Notes under the pieces: generated by a model
Told to the model about the DNA's origin: nothing
The model's input: only the letters and a program-made list of their open reading frames with translations
The model's database searches: none
Made by a program: the position numbers and the translations under genes
Part shown: piece by piece, positions 40,801-51,956 of the stretch
How positions within the stretch are numbered: the stretch's first letter is position 1
Layout: each line of letters opens with the position of its first letter
DNA from: Antedon mediterranea
Taxonomy: Eukaryota > Animalia > Echinodermata
Direction of reading: 5' to 3'
NCBI RefSeq assembly: GCF_964355755.1
Contig: NC_092679.1
Span: forward strand, 2,448,201 to 2,512,200
Length of the DNA: 64,000 nt

Positions 40801-43800
40801 AAAAAATTATGACTTAGACACTTTAATTATGAGGCTGTCGATATCATCTATATACAAAAAATGCTACCTTTAAGTAACAAAATTTAATAGCATCAGCTCT
40901 TCGGATTAAAATTAACACTGATGATTTTAGAAAAAGAAAGTAGCAATAAAAGAGAAAGAATTTGTAACAAATGGGTTAAAAAATATACTATAAAAATGTA
41001 TTTCTTATTTTATTTAAAAAATCATGAGTCTCCTCTCCTTAATTGCCTAAGTCACACAGCTGACTTAGGCAGAAACACAAAAAAACAATCTGAGCATGTG
41101 CAAATGTATATAAAAGCACTCAGATAATGTACAGAGGGCAGTATAATGATATAAGCAGTGAGTTAGGCAGATCTCAAGTCAGCTCTCCTTAATTGCCTAA
41201 GTCACACAGCTGACTTAGGCAGAAACACAAAAAATATAGTATAATGATATAAGCAGTGAGTTAGGCAGAAAAACCAAAAAAAAATTATGACTTAGACACT
41301 TTAGTTATATGAGGCTGTCGATATCATCTATATACAAAAAATGCTACCTTTAAGTAACACAATTTAATAGCATCAGCTCTTCGGATTAAAATTAACACTG
41401 ATGATTTTAGAAAAGGAAAGTAGCAATAAAAGAGAAAGAATTTGTAACAAATGGGTTAAAAAATTAACTATAAAAATGTATTTCTTATTTTATTTAAAAA
41501 ATCATGACTCTCCTCTCCTTAATTGCCTAAGTCACACAGCTGACTTAGGCAGAAACACAAAAAACGATCTGAGCATGTGCAAATGTATATAAAATCACTC
41601 AGATAATGTACAGAGGGCAGTATAATGATAGAAGCAGTGAGTTAGGCAGATCATAAGTCAACTCTCCTTAATTGCCTAAGTCACACAGCTGACTTTGGCA
41701 GAAACACGAAAAATATAGTATATATTGATATAAGCAGTGAGTTAGGCAGATCATAAGTCAGCTCTCCTTAATTGCCTAAGTCAGGCAGCTGACTTAGGCA
41801 GAAACACAAAAAACGATCTGAGCATGTGCAAATGTATATAAAAGCACTCGGATAATGTACAGAGGGCAGTATAATGATATAAGCAGTGAGTTAGACAGAT
41901 CATAAGTCAGCTCTCCTTAATTGCCTAAGTCACACAGCTGACTTAGGCAGAAACACAAAAATTATAGTATATTGATATAAGCAGTGAGTTAGGCAGATCA
42001 TAAGTCAGCTCTCCTTAATTGCCTAAGTCACACAGCTGACTTAGGCAGAAACACAAAAAATATAGTATATTGATATAAGCAGTGAGTTAGGCAGATCATA
42101 AGTCAGCTCTCCTTAATTGCCTAAGTCACACAAATGAATTAGGTAGAAACACAAAAATATAGTATATTGATATAAGCAGTGAGTTAGGCAGAAAAACAAA
42201 AACAAATTATGACTTAGACACGTTTGTTATGAGGCTGTCGATATCATCTATATACAAAAAATGCTACCTTTAAGTAACAAAATTTAATAGCATTAACTCT
42301 TCAGATTAAAATTAACACTGATGAATTTAGAAAAAGAAAGTAGCAATAAAAGAGAAAGAATTTGTAACAAATGGATTAAAAAATATACTATAAAAATGTA
42401 TTTCTTATTTTATTAAAAAAATCATGAGTCTCCTCTCCTTAATTGCCTAAGTCACACAGCTGACTTAGGCAGAAACACAAAAAACGATCTGAGCATGTGC
42501 AAATGTATATAAAAGCACTCAGATAATGTACAGAGGGCAGTATAATGATATAAGCAGTGAGTTAGGCAGATCATAAGTCAGCTCTCCTTAATTGCCTAAG
42601 TCACACAGCTGACTTAGGCAGAAACACAAACAATATAGTATAATGATATAAGCAGTGAGTTAGGCAGAAAAACAAAACAAAAATTATGACTTAGACACTT
42701 TTGTTATGAGGCTGTCCATATCATCTATATACAAAAAATGCTACCTTTAAGTAACACAATTTAATAGCATCAGCTCTTCGGATTAAAATTAAAACTGATG
42801 ATTTTAGAAAATGAAAGTAGCAATAAAAGAGAAAGAATTTGTAACAAATAGGTTAAAAAATTAACTATAAAAATGTATTTCTTATTTTATTTAAAAAATC
42901 ATGACTCTCCTCTCCTTAATTGCTTAAGTCACACAGCTGACTTAGGCAGAAACACAAAAAACGATCTGAGCATGTGCAAATGTATATAAAATCACTCAGA
43001 TAATGTACAGAGGGCAGTATAATGATAGAAGCAGTGAGTTAGGCAGATCATAAGTCAGCTCTCCTTAATTGCCTAAGTCACACAGCTGACTTTGGCAGAA
43101 ACACGAAAAATATAGTATATATTGATATAAGCAGTGAGTTAGGCAGATCATAAGTCAGCTCTCCTTAATTGCCTAAGTCAGGCAGCTGACTTAGGCAGAA
43201 ACACAAAAAACGATCTGAGCATGTGCAAATGTATATAAAAGCACTCGGATAATGTACAGAGGGCAGTATAATGATATAAGCAGTGAGTTAGACAGATCAT
43301 AAGTCAGCTCTCCTTAATTGCCTAAGTCACACAGCTGACTTAGGCAGAAACACGAAAAATATAGTATATTGATATAAGCAGTGAGTTAGGCAGATCATAA
43401 GTCAGCTCTCCTTAATTGCCTAAGTCACACAGCTGACTTAGGCAGAAACACAAAAAACGATCTGAGCATGTGCAAATGTATATAAAAGCACTGAGATAAT
43501 GTACAGAGGGCAGTATAATGATATAAGCAGTGAGTTAGGCAGATCATAAGTCAGCTCTCCTTAATTGCCTAAGTCAGACAGCTGACTTAGGCAGAAACAC
43601 AAAAAACGATCTGAGCATGTGCAAATGTATATAAAAGCACTCGGATAATGTACAGAGGGCAGTATAATGATATAAGCAGTGAGTTAGACAGATCATAAGT
43701 CAGCTCTCCTTAATTGCCTAAGTCACACAGCTGACTTATGCAGAAACACGAAAAATATAGTATATTGATATAAGCAGTGAGTTAGGCAGATCATAAGTCA

Positions 43801-45830
43801 GCTCTCCTTAATTGCCTAAGTCACACAGCTGACTTAGGCAGAAACACAAAAAACGATCTGAGCATGTGCAAATGTATATAAAAGCACTCGGATAATGTAC
43901 AGAGGGCAGTATAATGATATAAGCAGTGAGTTAGACAGATCATAAGTCAGCTCTCCTTAATTGCCTAAGTCACACAGCTGACTTAGGCAGAAACACAAAA
44001 AATATAGTATATTGATATAAGCAGTGAGTTAGGCAGAAAAACAAAACAAAAATTATGACTTAGACATTTTTTTATGAGGCTGTCCATATCATCTATATAC
44101 CAAAAATGCTACCTTTAAGTAGCAACATTTAATAGCATCAGCTCTTCGGATTAAAATTAACACTGATGATTTTAGAAAAGGAAAGTAGCAATAAAAGAGA
44201 AAGAATTTGTAACAAATGGGTTAAAAAATATACTATAAAAATGTATTTCTTATTTTATTTAAAAAATCATGAGTCTCCTCTCCTTAATTGCCTAAGTCAG
44301 ACAGATGACTTAGGCAGAAACAAAAAACGATCTGAGCATGTGCAAATGTATATAAAAGCACTCAGATAATGTACAGATGGCAGTATAATGATATAAGCAG
44401 TGAGTTAGGCAGATCATAAGTCAGCTCTCCTTAATTGCTTAAGTCACACAGCTGACTTAGGCAGAAACACGAAAAATATAGTATATTGATATTAGCAGTG
44501 AGTTAGGCAGATCATAAGTCAGCTCTCCTTAATTGCCTAAGTCACACAGATGAATTAGGCAGAAATAAAAAAATATAGTATATTGATATAAGCAGTGAGT
44601 TAGGCAGAAAAACAAAAACAAATTATGACTTAGACACGTTTGTTATGAAGCTGTCGATATCATCTATATACAAAAAATGATACCTTTAAGTAACAACATT
44701 TAATAGCATCAGCTCTTCAGATTAAAATTAATACTGATGATTTTAGAAAAGGAAAGTAGCAATAAAAGAGAAAGAATTTGTAAAAAAATGGGTTAAAAAA
44801 TATAGATACTATAAAAATGTATTTCTTATTTTATTTAAAAAATCATGAGTCTCCTCTCCTTAATTTCACACAGCTGACTAAGGCAGAAACACAAAAAACG
44901 ATCTGAGCATGTGCAAATGTATATAAAAGCACTTAGATAATGTACAGAGGGCAGTATAATGATATAAGCATGCAGTGAGTTAGGCAGATCATAAGTCAGC
45001 TCTCCTTAATTGCCTAAGTCACACAGCTGACTTAGGCAGAAACACAAAAAACGATCTGAGCATGTGCAAATGTATATAAAATCACTCAGATAATGTACAG
45101 AGGGCAGTATATAATGATATAAGCGCAGTGAGTTAGGCAGATCATAAGTCAGCTCTCCTTAATTGCCTAAGTCACACAGCTGACTTAGGCAGAAACACGA
45201 AAAATATAGTATATATTGATATAAGCAGTGAGTTAGGCAGATCATAAGTCAGCTCTCCTTAATTGCCTAAGTCACACAGCTGACTTAGGCAGAAACACAA
45301 AAAACGATCTGAGCATGTGCAAATGTATATAAAATCACTCAGATAATGTACAGAGGGCAGTATATAATGATATAAGCGCAGTGAGTTAGGCAGATCATAA
45401 GTCAGCTCTCCTTAATTGCCTAAGTCACACAGCTGACTTAGGCAGAAACACGAAAAATATAGTATATATTGATATAAGCAGTGAGTTAGGCAGATCATAA
45501 GTCAGCTCTCCTTAATTGCCTAAGTCACACAGCTGACTTAGGCAGAAACACGAAAAATATAGTATATATTGATATAAGCAGTGAGTTAGGCAGATCATAA
45601 GTCAGCTCTCCTTAATTGCCTAAGTCACACAGCTGACTTAGGCAGAAACACGAAAAATATAGTATATATTGATATAAGCAGTGAGTTAGGCAGATCATAA
45701 GTCAGCTCTCCTTAATTGCCTAAGTCACACAGCTGACTTAGGCAGAAACACGAAAAATATAGTATATTGATATAAGCAGTGAGTTAGGCAGATCGTAAGT
45801 CATCCCTCCTTAATTGCCTAAGTCACACAG
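22864..45830. repeat. Satellite 2: ~23-kb array of a ~476-bp monomer with higher-order repeats; breaks into ~100 and ~149-bp subunits after ~41700
   Basis: Monomer period is 474-479 bp (ORF starts 24743, 25219, 25695, 26174, 26650...). Each monomer carries two copies of ctccttaattgcctaagtcacacagctgacttaggcagaaacacaaaaaa, which includes a 10-bp-stem hairpin. Roughly 40 regular monomers. Confidence 0.98.
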
Positions 45831-45834
45831 ATAG

Positions 45835-46017
45835 TACAAGGATTTTTTTTCCAAAAATGGCCAAAATATCAAGTTTTTAAAATTCCATTATTATGCTATA
45901 AAATTGCTCTATATGATCATATATTGCTTTATCATCACCTTATAGTACCATAGACACCAGTTTTATCGAAAAATAAAAGGGTCGAAAAATTGCCATTTTT
46001 GGAAAAAATCCCTGTAC
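45835..46017. mobile_element. Solo MITE related to the satellite-1 unit (CAGGG-type TIR, TA flanks; Tc1/mariner-like)
   Basis: TA|caaggattttttttccaaaaatggc ... gccatttttggaaaaaatccctg|TA inverted termini. The interior is homologous to 15661-15830 and 46461-46610. Confidence 0.7.
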
Positions 46018-46319
46018 ATTTTATTTGCTGTAATTACAAAACTATTTGTCAATATACAGTCCATTCACTTTTTGGTAAAAGCCACCAAATTATATCCATT
46101 TCTGAATTAAATTATTTTCATTATATTCCCAAGGTTTGGTGTGAAAAAAAACAGCCAAGGAATACTTGTTGTGTAGGTTTATTGCTACAGTAGTGATCGC
46201 AACAAATGCACAAAAAAAATATCTCTTAAAATAATAACATGCATGTGCTAAATCTTGAAAATGATCTCATTGACAAACTGCAAGCAAGTTAAGGATAGTG
46301 TTTGAAATCATTATTACGC

Positions 46320-46397
46320 CATCATCATTATGACATGATAATCATGACATCATCATTATGACATCATAATCATGACATCATCATTATGACATCATCA
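46320..46397. repeat. Short tandem repeat of catcattatgacat / cataatcatgacat
   Basis: About five alternating ~14-15-bp variants are visible directly. Confidence 0.8.
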
Positions 46398-46398
46398 C

Positions 46399-46678
46399 AA
46401 AATAAAAAGGTCGACATTTTGGGCATATTTCGAAAAAAATTCCCTATACTTAGTTTTAGGGAAATTTTCGAAAAATGGCCAAAATATCAGCTTTTTAAAA
46501 ATCAATAATTATGCGATAATATTGCCATGTATGCCCATATATTGTATTATCATCATCTTATAGGGCCATAGTAATAGTAGTTTTGTCAAAAAATAAAAGG
46601 GTCGAATTTTAGTCATAAATTCGAAAAATGAAATTGATGTAACATGCGCAGACCACTCAATGTGCGTCTGCGCATTCC
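46399..46678. mobile_element. Diverged relic of the satellite-1/MITE family
   Basis: Contains a decayed junction (tccctatacttagttttaggga), a segment homologous to 15661-15810, and a diverged core hairpin aacatgcgcagac...gtctgcgcatt. Confidence 0.75.
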
Positions 46679-47033
46679 ATTCATTTTGAGATAACATGCG
46701 TAATGTTCTGAAAAGTTAAAATAATAAATTAACTAAAATATGTATGCAATATTTGTAACTCTAAACCTGTCCTTTAGGTTTAGGCTGATCACAAACAAAC
46801 AAACCCACAAACAAACACAAACATACTGGCTAATAGACCTAAATATTGTGTATGGTTTTCACAAACAAATGAACATTCCCCTTTGACTCCACATCAATCA
46901 ATATCAATAAACTGATAAAATACTTTTATTGCAACTTTTGGGTTGAATTGTACAATGAAGCACGTTGATCCATTGAAATAATATACAAATGCAAATCAAA
47001 CGTTCAACAAACGTTTGTGAAATTGTCTACTGT

Positions 47034-47710
47034 TCAGTCTCGCGTGTTAGCACGTCCATATTTTCGACATCTTTTCTTCATCGGTGTCTTGTTGCTCGGC
47101 ATCAGTGACTTACTGACGTGGGAACCATCAGCTGATGACTGCAGTCTATAGTTGGGCAGTAAGTCTTCGTATCTCTCAAGAAGAGGAACAAATTTATAAG
47201 TAATTTTACGAGCGAATGTTTCCTCCTCTGACGACAGTGCTGCTGTCTCTTCGTCAGGTGACTGATAATCCGGCAAGCGACCAACCAGAATGTAGCTATT
47301 ATTTGGCGGTAATAATTTCTCAGCGCTTTCGTATTGAAATTTTCCTAATTCCTTTATAACACCTAAGAACCAAATGTGAATAAAATTCGTAATTTCACAT
47401 AAGTATATCCTATATCGTATCAGAACGATTACTGTTAAATGAAATATATAATAATACATTGGAAACGTAAGCCTATACTAGGTGACAACTAAACTAGAGA
47501 TCAACAATAAAAACACCAGATTCGGGCAATCAAAACAAAAAAATGAAAATTTTAAAATGCAAGCATACCCGTCTCATCTGCTAAGTCGATGTCAAAGTTC
47601 GAATTTCCATATCCACATCTTATTCGAATGTTTCGGAGTAAGTTGATGACTGTACAGGATGGGTTAAACAGCAAGGATTGGTTGAAGCCATATCGAACAG
47701 TTATAAACAT
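47034..47710 (-). CDS. CXorf65/C22orf15-family uncharacterized protein, 2 exons, 156 aa
   Basis: Exon 1 (47710-47569) gives MFITVRYGFNQSLLFNPSCTVINLLRNIRIRCGYGNSNFDIDLADET with a phase-1 GTATGC donor. Exon 2 (47362-47034) follows a ttcttAG acceptor and gives GVIKELGKFQYESAEKLL...YILV...YKFVPLLE. The pattern MFI..(Y/H/F)G....L.N..C....LL..IR....IDL.D..G....A...L.....Y...F.PLL resembles human CXorf65/C22orf15. Exact ortholog not assignable. Confidence 0.82.
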
Positions 47711-48414
47711 GACTGCAACAGAGCTGCGCCTTTTTGTGGAGTCCACAAGCAGGAGAGTACCGTAAACTGAAATACAAGCCGTCTCTATTATTTTCTTTGA
47801 CTACTGTTTACACTGATAATAGAGTCTCTATCTAAGAGCAGGCGCAGGTGTTAATTTCTCGATTCTATTTGAATTAAGATGCAAAGTGGAAATGAGATTT
47901 CTTTCCGCAGCGTTGTGTGAAAAATAATGATGATAATAAATGTACAAAATTATATAACAAGTAGTACAGCCTTCGGCGAATAAAGGTCGGTTGTTGTCTT
48001 AGGGATGAAGTCCTATTATTAAGAAACTCACGCGTTCATTAAAATGGGCTGCGTAATGCATGGTGTGCATTCTATATTGTTACTATTATAAAGAGTAAAT
48101 TTACATTTCAATAAAGTGCAATCTCCACCCTACTGTGACACTTCAATTGTCAAAAAGTCAAATGATTCTAACAACCACGAAAGCGAAAGGAGGTGCTTTA
48201 ATATGTGTCGAAAAAACAATCACAAACGACACTTCAGCGATCAGTCGCTTGTACTTGTTGGTGAAATTACTTTTGTTGCGTCCAACATCACTAGGTCGAA
48301 ACCAATGGATAAAAATGAGAGAAAGAATTACAGTAGTGATTATTGTTCCGGAAAACTTTCAAGCTAAAGAAGTGGTGTGAAATCCAATAATTTTATTTTG
48401 CCATGAATCTTCTT

Positions 48415-48545
48415 AAGTCATCTACGTCACAGCCAATAACCAGGCCTAATCGAACTGAAACCGCGGTTCCTGCGCAGTTAAAAGAAGGTTGTCTATTTTG
48501 TAACATTGTGTGCGGCCCGCGCGCTGGCGGCAAGATACATTGGAC
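48415..48545. promoter_or_regulatory. CpG-rich promoter-like patch upstream of the CXorf65-like gene
   Basis: TACGTCA (CRE-like) and AGCCAAT (CCAAT box) at ~48422-48438 and GC-rich gcggcccgcgcgctggcgg at ~48512, about 700-800 bp upstream of the ATG. Confidence 0.3.
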
Positions 48546-51500
48546 GTTTGATCATTTTTTCCATGGCATTTGACTGGTCACTAGCCAGGAATCATCATAG
48601 GATGGGACATCATATTAGGAGACAGTACTCACTTTAGAAGAAGCACACTTCGATTTATGCTGTGCATATCAATAAATAAATAAAAATATATTGTAAATTT
48701 CTCTCACAGTTTTGTTTTATTCAAGCAATCTGCTTTGTTTACCAAATGAGAAAAACAAATTTCTCGACCTATTTATAGATCATGGTGTGTTTAATCGAAA
48801 AAAAAATACAATCATGTAATAAAAGAATGTAAAAGATATTTAACAGGAATGTGAATTGAAAAGAATACATATCTGTACACAATGACGTTAACACAATACT
48901 ATACGCATGTATATGCATATATTTACTATTAAAGTGCAACAGATTTCACACAAATACGGTTCATTCAATTCACATTCCAGTTGGTTTTCCATTTTTATAT
49001 TAAAATAAGTTTTGTTATAAATATTTATTACTAACTACACTTCCCACTAAACTTGTTTACATATACAAACTATAATGGAGCGATCTCATGACAATGAGCA
49101 AGAAAAAAAAGAACGAAAACCGCAGTATCGTTGTTTCTATCTATAGAAACGGTCGCCGTAAAACAAAATAAACGGTGAGCTTTTATAAATTCGATGTTTA
49201 ATTTTAACAATGACATATCTTGGATAAAGACAGAATATGTGAAACATTCGGACATTTAACCTTTAACAATTTCATTTGCTTGAAACTTTGTTTTTGTTTT
49301 AACTTACATACTGTCAGTGTTGTTGGGCACTGACACACAAGGCGTTAAACTGTAGTAGTCGGACTGTATCTACAAGTGAACACACAATTCGGCTTTTTAC
49401 AACGGAGACAAAATCTGAATATTTATGAGCTGTCAAACGATTTAATACAACAATATTTAGTTTGACATGAATATTAATGAGCGCCAATCATGAATTTATT
49501 AATAAATTATGATTTTTTTTAAAGACAATGCATATACAGAATATAGAAATTCATTTACCAGCATTGGTACAGTTTTTACATATAACAGCAAAATGTTTTT
49601 ACCTTAGCTAATTCAATGAATATTTCATATAACAAAAAATAAAAATTACCAAATATGAATATTCATGACTCATAATTAGCATAAAATTAATATTCATGTT
49701 TCAAAATCACGATTATGAATATTCATGAGTCATAATTAACATAAACTGTATTCATTATAACTATTTCTGTTTAAATGGATATCTAAATATCTAAATATTC
49801 ATGAGGTATCGTTTTCTTGTCAAATTTATGAATACAAACAATAATTAGTTAAATTACTAAAATTTGATCAAATGACATTAAAAAAAAACATGTTTATAAT
49901 TTGTTATTTAAAAATGACAGCACTAAACGTCTAACAACTATCACATATAAACATACTTACAACACACAGGTTTTCTGTTTGTGTTTTTACTCTTGCAGAG
50001 AATTTTTTACGAATGGTCGAAGACAAGAACGTACAGAGAAAGACGACTTTACATGGTTAATGTGACCACGTACTAACAAATACCTATACATATATTCTCC
50101 CTTCAGTCTATTTACACTAAAACATACATTATTTAAAACACCCATTTTCTCAGTAACCACCAGAAGTGAACAGCTTAGCTTTACAATTGAATCCAAATCT
50201 TTCATCATTTCAACAAAGTTGTTATGAAATGATAAAAACTGGAGATAGAAACTGGGTATCACAAAATATTGTAAATGTCGGGTTGAAAACTTGTTCTGTT
50301 AGACTATAGAGCTGTGAATGTATGGTTATCACTATACCTCAGCTAATAATAGACCTTGTCTGCTTTTAAAAAATAATTTAATTTATTAAATTTAAACAGC
50401 ATCGATGAATAAAATTTATTCAGTGCGAGTGCAATTGTAAATTTCACTCTTATAAACTTGGTCATTACGCATTCCCCAACGTCGGTGTGATAATAATATT
50501 TGGGATGATACATTACTGTCATTTTCCCCGCTTATCTTATATTTCTGAACACATATTCTTCATAATGAAAATGAACAAAAATGAGATCAAAAATCAATGT
50601 GAACGCTATCTATCACTTGAAGCCGTGGATAAATGCAAATACAATTGACATGTTTAGCACCTTCAAATCAACCCAATTTAGATTTCGTAATACTAGGAAT
50701 AATAAATAGTTGAAATTTATATTCATTTTTTTTTTAATAGAGAAAGGTTTAAAACAATCAAGGTTAAAATTGATTATTAAATATTACAATTTTCAAGAAT
50801 AAAATAAAAAAATGATTGATAAAATAGAATTTCATTAAATAAAATCAGCATTTATATTTTTTTACAATACATTTTGATGTAAGGTGTCTTTACTAAACTA
50901 TTATTTTATTATATTTATTGTTGAATTAGCTGATTTTGTAAAAATAATCCATTCATATCATTGTTATGTAATTAAATATCCTTTTAATCCTTTGAATAAA
51001 TTGATATAATCAGATGCTTAACTCATAGAGGAAAAAAAAAATTTTTTTTTCCTCCATGCTAACTCAAACACTCAAAACATACACATATAAAAATGGATCA
51101 CAATGTCAGCATATTGTATAATATTAAAAATATAAATAAATAAAATGTCCATGTGACACATTAGTTAACATTCCTTGTATACACAACAAGTAAACAAGAA
51201 TATTTCAGAGATATTCACAAGTCTAAAATGGATGGAATAAAACAAACTAGTGTACTTTTTTTTTCTATAAATAGATTCATCGTCTAAAGGCCCAGAAAAT
51301 CAAAACTTTTATATTTAAAAACCGAATAAATTAAAATACCATATTATAAGAGCTGTCTTAATCTTACATGTGTCCTTTATTTTTTGCAGAGCTCAAATAA
51401 TCTTGTATTAGTTTGTAACCCCACCCAACTAAATAAATACATTTTAATGTTATTTTAACGGCCTATACCATGAAAAGCATGTGATAGAGTTTGCAACAGA

Positions 51501-51578
51501 TAGAGATGAAGAGATTTTATACCATTATATTCTAACTAAAAGGTTTTTAATAATAATGACTTGTGAATGTGTTTGTAA

Positions 51579-51860
51579 AGCCTGGTTTCCATAAAATCGC
51601 TATACCCTTTCCACTGAAATCGCTACACGCGCAGATGTCGCCGACATGCATCGGGGAGGTCGCCCCGATTCATCGCAGACAAATCGGCAAAGTTCAACCA
51701 TGTTCAACTTTGCCGATTTTGTCGGCGATGAATCGTATACGCGTGTACCAAAGAATATTTAGCGCTCGCGTACTAGATCCCCGATAAATTCTAGCGTTTC
51801 CATAGAATCGTTACGCTCTAAGTCGGCGACACGGTGTAGCGATTTTATGGAAATCAGGCT
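51579..51860. mobile_element. MITE (family C) ~100 bp downstream of the Meis stop codon
   Basis: TIRs agcctggtttccataaaatcgcta ... tagcgattttatggaaatcaggct, flanked by TAA and TTA. Internal palindrome gacaaatcggcaaagtt...aactttgccgattttgtc. The 51563 ORF lies within it. Confidence 0.85.
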
Positions 51861-51956
51861 TTAGTGAGAATAAGAACAACTTCCCTAAATACAAGTTTAC
51901 AATTTAAAAGGACGGTCAATAAATTAGGGACGGTCAGCGGATTATTTCAACAACGG

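Noticed and set aside
23167-44369. Tandem 63-68-aa ORFs (MILEKESSNK...) resembling a multicopy small-protein cluster
   Set aside because: Many monomers have frameshifts from A-run length changes, substitutions show no sign of codon constraint, and the ORF ends inside the hairpin subunit.
15900-45830. CRISPR-like appearance (palindromic repeats at regular spacing)
   Set aside because: The sequences between the hairpins are themselves repeated rather than unique spacers, there are no cas genes, and the context is eukaryotic with spliceosomal introns.
22864-45830. Tandem RNA-gene cluster (5S rRNA, tRNA, snRNA, histone or SL RNA)
   Set aside because: I found no recognisable 5S, tRNA cloverleaf/A-B box, snRNA or histone sequence in the monomer by eye; an Infernal/Rfam scan would settle it.
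47711-47746. N-terminal extension MDSTKRRSSVAV of the CXorf65-like ORF
   Set aside because: It starts at GTG; family similarity begins at the ATG at 47710 (MFI...).
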